Below are positions 45,447 to 53,443 of a stretch of DNA of 64,000 nt, one piece after another. The notes below the pieces were generated by a model, which was given only the letters and a program-made list of their open reading frames with translations, ran no database searches and was not told the origin of the DNA. Both the position numbers and the translations under genes were made by a program. The stretch covers positions 1 to 64,000 of IMG/VR virus record IMGVR_UViG_3300028384_001500; one strand, 5' to 3'. Within the stretch, counting starts at the first letter, position 1. The number at the start of each line of letters is the position of its first letter.

Positions 45447-47198
45447 ATGGGAAGAATTAAAAATATGGGTTCCTCAACAATGAGGTTTAAAGAAGGTATA
45501 ATATTGACAGGAAGTGCTGGCGACACAACAGACAGCTTAATCGTTTCAGGAACAACTATTTTCAAAGATAATGTTCAAATGGACGTTAATAAAAGACTAT
45601 ACTTTGACGGCAATTCAATATCTAACGGGCCTTACATATATGGAAACACAGTTGCACTTTTTATTGACGGTGACGACAGAGTTACGCTTTCTATGGACAA
45701 GGACTTAAGAGTTTTAGACAACAGCAATAATCCTGTTATTCACATTACAGACAAAGACGCAACTGACAATGATAACTATAAAGAATTTGATGACGTTAAC
45801 ATATTCTTTTCCGGATCAGTTGGTTCAATGGGTGGTAGTACATTTGGTGCTGCAGCATTTGGAGGTGATTTAGTTGCATCAGGAAACATGAGAGTTGCAG
45901 ATGCTGTTGTGTTTTCTAAATCAGGTTCACAAGATTTTAGCATCGATGCAGATAATGAATTGTTTGTTAGCGCGGGAGGAGGAACGTTATCATACAAAAT
46001 TAAAACAGACGGCAACGTTGAATTTGTCAATGCTGTTACTTCTTCTCATTTTAAAGTTGAAGGGTCAGGCGGACAGTTTGTAGCACACAACGAAGACACG
46101 GTCAAGCTAAAACATGTTAACTGGTATTCTTCGAATGATAGACAGTACGGACAAGGGCAACTTTGGTATCAGCAATGGTTTGGTGCTATCGAACCTTCAG
46201 ACTCAGGTGCTCAAGGTGGTAGAAGAATAGGCTTTTTCTTTTACGAGCCAAATGCAGGTGCCTCTGATGCTAACGGTGGCACAAGCGCTCATCCAACAAA
46301 TACTCATATGTATTTAGACAGAACAGGTATGTATCTTCAAACAGGTAGCTTTGATGTAACGCAAGGTGACGTAATAGTATCAGGTAGCTTAAAAGCCACC
46401 AACATGGGTCCGCAAAATGAAATTGTTATTGTAGGAACAGATAATGCTCTCACTTCGTCAAACTTATTGACAATCGATTCGGCAAATGAAAGAATCGGTA
46501 TTGGTACAACTAGCCCGACTGTTAAATTGGATATGGTTGCTGAGTCTGAAAATGAAGCACAAATCCGAGTAGCACAACACTCAAATGGATCAGACGGTCC
46601 AGATATTAGATTTTTTACTTCTAGGGGTACAGCTGCAGCACCAACTGCTGTGGCAGACAATGATAATGTTGGAAGAGTTAATGCATTTGCGCACGACGGT
46701 ACCAACTATCAACAAGCTGGTACTTTTGGATGGAATGCTGATGGCACAGATGGTGACTCAACCTTCGACATTAGAACAAGAGTTGGAGGAAACACAGCTG
46801 ATAGAATAACAATTGATGCAGCCGGCAATGTTAGTATTCCTGGTGATCTTTATTTTGAAGACTTTGTGATTGCAGACCTATCAATTCCTGGCCTCGATTT
46901 ACAAACAGACACAAATGCATTTAGGTTTAATTGTCCATACAATTTAACTGTTGAAGGCTTGCAATTGTACCTAGATCAGCATACTACTACAGGTAATGTT
47001 ACTGTAACAGTAACAAACACAACAGACACAAATCAAATGACATCTTTGTCGATCACCGGAACAAATACATCAGCAAGTACTACGACAGTGTCAAATCAGA
47101 ATTGTGATACCGGTGATGTTATAACCTTTGCTATTACTGCAACACCGGCAAACGCGCAAGGTTTACGAGCTAATTTGCAATTTAGGAGAAGAGGATAA
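45447..47198 (+). CDS. Tail-fibre/virion structural protein
   Basis: G/S/T/D-rich beta repeats, RIGIGTTSP motif; ATG 45447 after GGAG. Confidence 0.65.
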   Translation: MGRIKNMGSSTMRFKEGIILTGSAGDTTDSLIVSGTTIFKDNVQMDVNKRLYFDGNSISNGPYIYGNTVALFIDGDDRVTLSMDKDLRVLDNSNNPVIHITDKDATDNDNYKEFDDVNIFFSGSVGSMGGSTFGAAAFGGDLVASGNMRVADAVVFSKSGSQDFSIDADNELFVSAGGGTLSYKIKTDGNVEFVNAVTSSHFKVEGSGGQFVAHNEDTVKLKHVNWYSSNDRQYGQGQLWYQQWFGAIEPSDSGAQGGRRIGFFFYEPNAGASDANGGTSAHPTNTHMYLDRTGMYLQTGSFDVTQGDVIVSGSLKATNMGPQNEIVIVGTDNALTSSNLLTIDSANERIGIGTTSPTVKLDMVAESENEAQIRVAQHSNGSDGPDIRFFTSRGTAAAPTAVADNDNVGRVNAFAHDGTNYQQAGTFGWNADGTDGDSTFDIRTRVGGNTADRITIDAAGNVSIPGDLYFEDFVIADLSIPGLDLQTDTNAFRFNCPYNLTVEGLQLYLDQHTTTGNVTVTVTNTTDTNQMTSLSITGTNTSASTTTVSNQNCDTGDVITFAITATPANAQGLRANLQFRRRG

Positions 47199-47782
47199 TG
47201 CCGATTATTCATCAAAAACAATTAGCGTCAGGTCTATATATACGTAAATTCGACGTGTACCTTAACGCTGATTCTGGAGGCTCACACACTGGAGACAACG
47301 ACGACCCGGGAAGATTAGAAGGAAACTTAGATGCAGGCTGGAATGGTGAAGGTGCACTTACAACTGTTAATCGAACAGGTGTTATTGACACTCTAGACAC
47401 ACACGTCATTAGTGGTGTTGTTCGGCCAGACGTTAGTGGCACTTGGCAGTTTAGAATTAGAGCTGATGACGCAGGATATCTTTGGGTTGGTTTTAACGCT
47501 GAACCTCTTGAGTGGGATTTAGATAAAGATAATGCTACGGGTGATGCTGGTGGTGCTCACGCTCCGACAAACGGTGATGGTTCTGTTACTTTAACTGCGG
47601 GTCAACTTTACGCAATAAAGGCAATGGTTGGAGATCGAGGTGGTGGTGATACTTTTATTATTGACTTTTCCGGGCCAACTGGTTCTCAATGGGACGATGC
47701 TTTAAGTAACACAGGAAGAGACGGTACAGGATTTTTCTTTCATAACCCGGATGCCCCTAATGGCTACAACCTAGACAGTTAA
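47198..47782 (+). CDS. PA14/GLEYA-like carbohydrate-binding domain protein
   Basis: SGVVRPDVSGTWQFRIRADDAGYLWVG..VTLTAGQLYAI. Confidence 0.75.
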   Translation: MPIIHQKQLASGLYIRKFDVYLNADSGGSHTGDNDDPGRLEGNLDAGWNGEGALTTVNRTGVIDTLDTHVISGVVRPDVSGTWQFRIRADDAGYLWVGFNAEPLEWDLDKDNATGDAGGAHAPTNGDGSVTLTAGQLYAIKAMVGDRGGGDTFIIDFSGPTGSQWDDALSNTGRDGTGFFFHNPDAPNGYNLDS

Positions 47783-48286
47783 TTACCAAAACTTATCACC
47801 CATTAAGTCGTAATAAGGGTGCATAATATGTCCCGGTATTTTTCTATGTGAATACCCAAACGCATGCCCTAGTTCGTGTTCTAAGAGTAAAATAAAATTG
47901 TGCGTCCCAGGCTTAAAAACAATTGTTGCAGACTGAATAATTCCTAGTTTTGACGATCTTTTAGTTGATGCCAGCACTCCTTGTTCAAGTTTTTCTGTCT
48001 CTTGTGTCTTTAAAACAATAAACCCGGATAATAAGTCAACGTCTTTACAAATCGAATTTAGTCTATTGTACTCATAAAAATATACTTTTTCACCTTTACT
48101 GTCCCAATATTCAATTGCCCTCTTAATAGTTTCTTCTTTTATTTCGTTTCCTGAACAGTTTAAAACAATAGGTGGGTATTTCCAATGACAAGGTTGACGT
48201 GCAGTTAAATTATAAGTTTCTTTAATAGTAATACCTAGAAAGAAACCAAAAATTAACGCAGTGAACAGTCTCTTTGCCGAATTCAT
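47783..48286 (-). CDS. Matrixin-like zinc metalloprotease, membrane-anchored
   Basis: HELGHAFGYSH (HExxHxxGxxH), Met-turn HIMHP, N-terminal hydrophobic helix. Confidence 0.85.
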   Translation of the reverse strand: MNSAKRLFTALIFGFFLGITIKETYNLTARQPCHWKYPPIVLNCSGNEIKEETIKRAIEYWDSKGEKVYFYEYNRLNSICKDVDLLSGFIVLKTQETEKLEQGVLASTKRSSKLGIIQSATIVFKPGTHNFILLLEHELGHAFGYSHRKIPGHIMHPYYDLMGDKFW

Positions 48287-49860
48287 TCACCGCAACCTAG
48301 AATAGCATAATCAATCTCAACTGTATTACCACCTTCAGGTATTGAATTAGAATTAAAGACAATTGAATTTGTTGCTTCGTCGTATATCCAGTCATGTGAA
48401 AGCTGCCCATTTACTCTAACTTCAATCGTATCTTCCATAACATTGCTTTCGCTCATTTCAAAAGAAGCTCTAACAGAAACTTCTGTTGCTAAGTTTTGCA
48501 TTTGAACCCCCCAATCAGGTGCGCATATCGAATAAGTTTGACCGTTATATCTTTGCGTCATTTCATAATAGCCTCCACCAAACGGAACGTTATACGATGT
48601 ATTATTTGATGGGTTAACCAATAAACATCCTGTGGGGTAATCTCCAATAACAGCAAATTGCCTTACTAGACTAGGCGATGATTTAATATTGTCAAAAAAA
48701 GCAAAATAACTTGCATAACTATTTGGACTATAGTCAGGCTCGTCAGATATATAAACGATTACGAAATTAGAATTAGGCCTCCAGTAATCGTTAGAAAGTG
48801 ATGCTAGACTAGAAAAAGCCTGTGCATAGTATATTCCTTGCTCAAAAGGAGAACCTCCTGTACCGATAGAGTTGATTACACTAGCTGCCCACATAACAGG
48901 ATCAGGGTGTCGATTGTCAATCCAGTCATGACCGTCGTATTGACGTAGCATAGAACTATCTGTGGTGATAAACCCTAAGTGGTAGTCGACATTCATACCT
49001 TGCAGTATCGCTACGAAATCATTCATTTGATAGGCTAGTTCTTGTTGCTGATCATTCATGGATCCAGAATTGTCAACGACAAATACAATATCAACTATTT
49101 TTGATTCGTCTTGAACGTATCTATCGTGAAACCAATGAACAATATCTCCGTAACCTTCCTGAACAATAATAACTTCACTGTTGACTGGGTCGTTGCTCTT
49201 AACTGTTATTTGACTTTCATCCATGTTAACGTCAGTTGGACTATACAGTATACTAAAGTCCAACTCTTGACCAGGTATGAGTTCCCAAGGAAGAACAGGA
49301 AGAGTCCCAAAATCAGCAACGATATCTGTAGGTAGTGTGGCCATCTGAGTGACGTCAGTAATTGTGAGATTTAAATTACCGTTATTTCTTAAAGTAATAG
49401 TTTCTTCAATATCACATCCAATACTGATATCACCAAAATACAAGCTAGGAGGCTCAACTGACAAGAGTGGTGCATCTCCATTTCCAGCAATAGGTAATTC
49501 TAGATATTCTTCATCTTCATCATTAGATAAAATAGTAATCGATGTATTGTTAGATTCGTATGTTTCTGGATTATAATAGACGTTAAACTCAACTGAATCG
49601 CCGGGTTGAATAATATATTCTTCACTTAAATTATCGTTCATAGAAAATCGTGAGCTATTATTAACAACAGGTTTGTTGATAATTAAGTCTTCATCACCTG
49701 CGTTTATAACAGCAAAACTTTCTTGACCACTCTCATGTCCTGATAATAGACTTCCAAAATCGATTGATTCAGGATGCAATACAATTTCTGGTCCGGTTTT
49801 TATTTCGTTTTTTAAGGCATAGTCATTGCATGCCATTACTAGTGTCAATATTAAATACAT
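48283..49860 (-). CDS. Lipoprotein with two Ig-like (ASH/choice-of-anchor D) domains and a vWA domain
   Basis: Lipobox VMAC; IDFG..INAGDEDL and LYFG..NNGNLNL repeats; MIDAS DIVFVVDNSGSM. Confidence 0.8.
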   Translation of the reverse strand: MYLILTLVMACNDYALKNEIKTGPEIVLHPESIDFGSLLSGHESGQESFAVINAGDEDLIINKPVVNNSSRFSMNDNLSEEYIIQPGDSVEFNVYYNPETYESNNTSITILSNDEDEEYLELPIAGNGDAPLLSVEPPSLYFGDISIGCDIEETITLRNNGNLNLTITDVTQMATLPTDIVADFGTLPVLPWELIPGQELDFSILYSPTDVNMDESQITVKSNDPVNSEVIIVQEGYGDIVHWFHDRYVQDESKIVDIVFVVDNSGSMNDQQQELAYQMNDFVAILQGMNVDYHLGFITTDSSMLRQYDGHDWIDNRHPDPVMWAASVINSIGTGGSPFEQGIYYAQAFSSLASLSNDYWRPNSNFVIVYISDEPDYSPNSYASYFAFFDNIKSSPSLVRQFAVIGDYPTGCLLVNPSNNTSYNVPFGGGYYEMTQRYNGQTYSICAPDWGVQMQNLATEVSVRASFEMSESNVMEDTIEVRVNGQLSHDWIYDEATNSIVFNSNSIPEGGNTVEIDYAILGCGE

Positions 49861-49864
49861 AAAA

Positions 49865-49903
49865 AAACCTCTATCATATAAATTAACTATACAACAGAGG
49901 TTT
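49865..49903 (-). promoter_or_regulatory. Hairpin covering the RBS, with ATAGTTA in the loop and a U-tract
   Basis: AAACCTCT/AGAGGTTT arms, then TTTT and ATG. Confidence 0.55.
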
Positions 49904-49930
49904 ACTTGTTATTAAACTTTAACAATTTAG

Positions 49931-50122
49931 TTAACTAAACTGGACATATTTTGCCAAAAAACTATCCAAGTCTTTAATCGCTTGGCCCACTACTTGAATG
50001 TGATCGATTTCTTTCATTAACGCATTTTTATTATTTTTGTAGTCTCTACATCGCTCAAATTGCAAAACCAGAGTTTTTCTTAAAGCTAATAACTTTTCTA
50101 GATCTTCTTTACTAAATTCCAT
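49931..50122 (-). CDS. Hypothetical protein
   Basis: AGGAG RBS, 63 aa. Confidence 0.6.
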   Translation of the reverse strand: MEFSKEDLEKLLALRKTLVLQFERCRDYKNNKNALMKEIDHIQVVGQAIKDLDSFLAKYVQFS

Positions 50123-50245
50123 TTTGTACTCCTAATTTAAACCAGTTAGGAGTGTTAGCACGTGACTTCTATTTGGCAAACCTAACCTTGCCTTTAATAT
50201 AATAATTTTTATAAGATTGTATAGGATCGCCTTTGACTTTTATAT

Positions 50246-50461
50246 TCATGCTATTTTTTCCTGTATGAAAGTTTCTGTTAACTTTATTATTTTACCGTAC
50301 AATAGCACATTATACAATACGTCTTCATTAATAATTACTGTATTCCAAAGGTCATCAATTATATTTTTTTCTTTTACAATGCGGCCGCCAGTTATAATAC
50401 CTAAGACTTTTTCTTTTCCTAAGTATCTAACATAGACTAGATCCCCTGTATTAAACTTCAT
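50246..50461 (-). CDS. Small GDLV-family protein
   Basis: MKFNTGDLVYV..LGII. Confidence 0.65.
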   Translation of the reverse strand: MKFNTGDLVYVRYLGKEKVLGIITGGRIVKEKNIIDDLWNTVIINEDVLYNVLLYGKIIKLTETFIQEKIA

Positions 50462-50802
50462 CAGTTATGTTTTAGTTGTGACCCTGAAGGAGGAAGATAA
50501 GATCCAGAAGGAATATTGGTTATAGAAACTAATGCATCAACACCCGAATCTAATGCTAGTGTTAAAAACTTTCCTTTAAAGTGAGCAACAGCGCCCGTCT
50601 TTAAAGTAAAAGCCTCGCCATAATGTGCTGAATCATATATAGTAACATTAGCAGAGCCTCCTGAACCATTACTAAATACTGCTTCTGAGGCAACGTATTT
50701 TAAGCGAACAGTTGTTCCGGACCCTGTCAAAACTAGCGTATGACCTGATGCTTGAAATTCGCCTACGTGTGTTATTCCTGGTTTTGGCCAACTTTGTGAC
50801 AT
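50461..50802 (-). CDS. Probable virion structural protein
   Basis: PGITHVGEFQASG N-terminus, beta-rich, ATAATTA motif upstream. Confidence 0.5.
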   Translation of the reverse strand: MSQSWPKPGITHVGEFQASGHTLVLTGSGTTVRLKYVASEAVFSNGSGGSANVTIYDSAHYGEAFTLKTGAVAHFKGKFLTLALDSGVDALVSITNIPSGSYLPPSGSQLKHN

Positions 50803-50824
50803 ATTAAACTCCTTTTAGTTATAA

Positions 50825-50983
50825 TTATCTTTCTTTAATTGAATTGGCATGCCATTCTTCAATTTTTCCCATCGTCATCACTGCCCAAAACCCTTTGTGG
50901 ATTTTGTTTTGTTTTATTACTATTCCTAGGCTTCCGCTTTTTTTGTGTGTTACTATTTTTCCTATTAGGTTTTTTAACTTCAT
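50825..50983 (-). CDS. Small SH3-like protein overlapping the upstream gene
   Basis: MKLKNLIGKIVTHKKSGSLGIVI..WAV..IEEWH; 125-nt overlap. Confidence 0.45.
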   Translation of the reverse strand: MKLKNLIGKIVTHKKSGSLGIVIKQNKIHKGFWAVMTMGKIEEWHANSIKER

Positions 50984-51155
50984 TTTTCTTTTCTTTTGGC
51001 AATACTGCTTTATATTCACTTTCTTCGCAAGGAATAAAACCTCGCATCTTACAATATTCTACCAGACTGTCGTAACTAGTTAATTTATTTTTAGAGATAA
51101 AAGTTAAAAGATTAGACTTATTTCTTTTAAGTATATTTTTTAAACTGACTGACAT
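50859..51155 (-). CDS. Basic hypothetical protein
   Basis: GGAGG RBS; K/N-rich tail. Confidence 0.6.
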   Translation of the reverse strand: MSVSLKNILKRNKSNLLTFISKNKLTSYDSLVEYCKMRGFIPCEESEYKAVLPKEKKNEVKKPNRKNSNTQKKRKPRNSNKTKQNPQRVLGSDDDGKN

Positions 51156-51415
51156 TAATGTCCTCCTTCTTCTTTATTTAAATATTCATCAACAAATAAA
51201 GCTTCTTCTTTAAATAAATTAACGACAATTTTGTATGGGGCTTCACCAAAACAATCTTTGATTTCAGTTAACATTTCTTGTAAGTTTGAATTACTCTTAA
51301 GCTTATCATCAAAATACAACAAAAAAGTCTGAAGCAGGTCTTCATCCCACTCCAGACTTTCTAACAAAGACGTTCTAAACCGAATGTCTTCTACAATAGA
51401 AAAGATATCTATCAT
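51155..51415 (-). CDS. Acidic hypothetical protein
   Basis: GGAGG RBS; ATGA overlap with the HTH gene. Confidence 0.65.
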   Translation of the reverse strand: MIDIFSIVEDIRFRTSLLESLEWDEDLLQTFLLYFDDKLKSNSNLQEMLTEIKDCFGEAPYKIVVNLFKEEALFVDEYLNKEEGGH

Positions 51416-51705
51416 CCTCCAATACCGTTGTCTAGTTCATCCATAAAATCTCGAATTGTTTCTTGGAATTCTGGATTAATAGCTATTTTCTTTAGTTTTT
51501 TATCATCCATAGCCACATCATAAAGTTCAGTAACTTCAGAAGCAATCTTCATTAAAGCTTTTACGTATACGTTTCTAGCTGTTGAATGATTCATTTTAAA
51601 GCCTTGCTCATTAAGCTCATCAGCAATCTGATGATATGTTTTTCCGTCAAACTTTTTAGATGTACCGTAACCATTTTCTGATTTAAATCCTTTAGGCATT
51701 GCCAT
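51412..51705 (-). CDS. Sigma region-4.2-like HTH protein
   Basis: GKTYHQIADEL..MNHSTARNVYVKALMKI aligns to [29 protein letters not shown]; own AAGGAG RBS. Confidence 0.7.
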   Translation of the reverse strand: MAMPKGFKSENGYGTSKKFDGKTYHQIADELNEQGFKMNHSTARNVYVKALMKIASEVTELYDVAMDDKKLKKIAINPEFQETIRDFMDELDNGIGG

Positions 51706-52462
51706 TGTTTACTCCTTCATTGTTTTCGTTGATATTATATATATTTTTGTCGTCTTGTAATACTTCGTCTAAACCAAATCTTAGCCTTAAGACTAGTTCT
51801 TCTCTCTTTGATAGTGAGCCTAGTGCTTTGATTATCTTTGCTCTAATAATTTTGTTGTCAAGAATTTGTTCTATATTTGTCGATCCATTATCAGGAATAA
51901 TGTCTCCTAAAGTTCTTGCACCTTCTTCACCTACTTGCTGATCAATACTGGCAATATTTTTACTTCTAATTGAAGCCATGGCTAGACGTACATGTTTTTC
52001 AGTAATATCTAATGCATCACAGATTTCTTCAATAGTAGGTTCTGCACCAAACTCTTCTATATAATCTTGCTTAAGCTGCCAAATTTTTCTAGCATTTGCA
52101 AGAGTGTGAGAAGGAACTTTTAGTAGTGTGCTATTTGAAGTAAGGCTACGTGTCACAGCTTGTTTAATCCACCATGATGCATATGTAGAAAACTTAAACC
52201 CTTTACGCCAATCAAATTTTTCAACAGCTTTAATTAAGCCAATATTTGACTCTTGAATAAGATCTTCCAGCGTGTGACCGTACCTAGCATACTTTTTAGC
52301 AATTGATATTGCTAGTCTAAGATTAGACTCGATCATTTTGTCTCTTGCTCTACGATCGCCTCTTTCGATTCTTTTGGCCAACTCAACTTCTTCCTCACGC
52401 GTTAGAAGTCTTGTTTTGTTTTTAATATCTCGAAAGTATGTTTCGAGGACTGTGCTTTCCAT
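51692..52462 (-). CDS. Sigma70-family factor (RpoD-like regions 1.2 to 4.1, lacking 4.2)
   Basis: YFRDI..LLTREEE, NLRLAISIAKKY, DLIQESNIGLIKAVEKFD..GFKFSTYASWWIKQAV, EPTIEEI, LSKREELVLRLRFGL, then an acidic tail and stop. Confidence 0.92.
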   Translation of the reverse strand: MESTVLETYFRDIKNKTRLLTREEEVELAKRIERGDRRARDKMIESNLRLAISIAKKYARYGHTLEDLIQESNIGLIKAVEKFDWRKGFKFSTYASWWIKQAVTRSLTSNSTLLKVPSHTLANARKIWQLKQDYIEEFGAEPTIEEICDALDITEKHVRLAMASIRSKNIASIDQQVGEEGARTLGDIIPDNGSTNIEQILDNKIIRAKIIKALGSLSKREELVLRLRFGLDEVLQDDKNIYNINENNEGVNNGNA

Positions 52463-52507
52463 TTAATCTCCAATTTTTAATTTTTAATGTTTAGTAGTTA
52501 TGTGTTT

Positions 52508-52536
52508 ATTATACAACAAAAATGTGTGCGTTACAC
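52508..52536 (-). promoter_or_regulatory. Class I promoter-like motif GTGTAA-N17-TATAAT upstream of the sigma gene
   Basis: Exact 17-nt spacer. Confidence 0.7.
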
Positions 52537-52557
52537 TTTTTATGTAAAACGCACACA
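52518..52557 (-). terminator. Intrinsic terminator after hsp20, overlapping the sigma promoter -35
   Basis: TGTGTGCG..TTACAT-AAAAA-GTGTAA-CGCACACA followed by TTTTT. Confidence 0.7.
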
Positions 52558-52577
52558 AAATAATTTAGCTATTAAAA

Positions 52578-52991
52578 TTAGTTAATAGTAATTTTTTTAG
52601 CTGCCGGTTTTTTACTTTCATATGTAGGTACAAGAATAGAAAGCACGCCTGATGTATAATCAGCATCGACGTTATCAATATCGACATTTTTAGGCAAAGA
52701 AAAAGATCGTTTAAATTTTGTTGTCTGAATATGCTCTTGATGAATATATTCTTTTCCTTCAAAATCTAACGTACCTTTAACTGTTAAAATATTATTTTCG
52801 ATGTTAATATCGAAGTTGTCACGTGAAAAGCCGGGTAAAAATAAATCAAAGACGTAAGAATTGTCTTGTTTGTAAATATTACATTTTGTATTGAAACTGT
52901 TAGCATGCGACTGCTTACCGCGGCTTTTTCCAATTCCAAAGTAATCATCATTAAAAAAATCATTTAAATAAGAATTATAAATTAGACTCAT
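52578..52991 (-). CDS. Hsp20/alpha-crystallin small heat-shock protein
   Basis: LPGF..DINIENNILTVKG, FKRSFSLP, ADYTSGVLSI. Confidence 0.9.
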   Translation of the reverse strand: MSLIYNSYLNDFFNDDYFGIGKSRGKQSHANSFNTKCNIYKQDNSYVFDLFLPGFSRDNFDINIENNILTVKGTLDFEGKEYIHQEHIQTTKFKRSFSLPKNVDIDNVDADYTSGVLSILVPTYESKKPAAKKITIN

Positions 52992-53077
52992 TAGCGCTCC
53001 TTTGTTAAATTGCTATTAATCACCTTGTAGTGATTATTAATAATATAAACACCAATTCTTAGATGTACATAATTTTT

Positions 53078-53407
53078 TTAAAAAATTAATTTTTTTCCTT
53101 TCATTAGAATTTTTCTCTTATTGAATGTAACAACCGCGACTGTTTTAACACCTGGTAATCGCTTAACCAAATTAGACATGTCCTTAAGACTTTTATATAT
53201 TTCATCAGACTCTGGTAAATACTTAATGCTTAATAGTAGAGAACCATCACCGTCAGAAAATCGTGCAACTTTATCTTTTTGTCCAACAACTGCAATTCCT
53301 GGAAGTATTCGTATTCTTGTCATTAAGTCTGGAACGTGCGTTTCATTTTCAATTTTAAGATTAACAACGGCAGTTACTAATTTTCTTTGTAATTTATACT
53401 CTTGCAT
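53078..53407 (-). CDS. Hypothetical protein
   Basis: AGGAG RBS, ATAATTA upstream. Confidence 0.65.
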   Translation of the reverse strand: MQEYKLQRKLVTAVVNLKIENETHVPDLMTRIRILPGIAVVGQKDKVARFSDGDGSLLLSIKYLPESDEIYKSLKDMSNLVKRLPGVKTVAVVTFNKRKILMKGKKLIF

Positions 53408-53443
53408 ATATTCTCCTGTGGAATTTGCATTTTTATATAATTA

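Noticed and set aside
51692-51720. Programmed frameshift fusing the two sigma parts
   Set aside because: No clear slippery heptamer or stimulatory structure was seen, and the second ORF has a strong RBS of its own. It is not fully excluded without proteomics.
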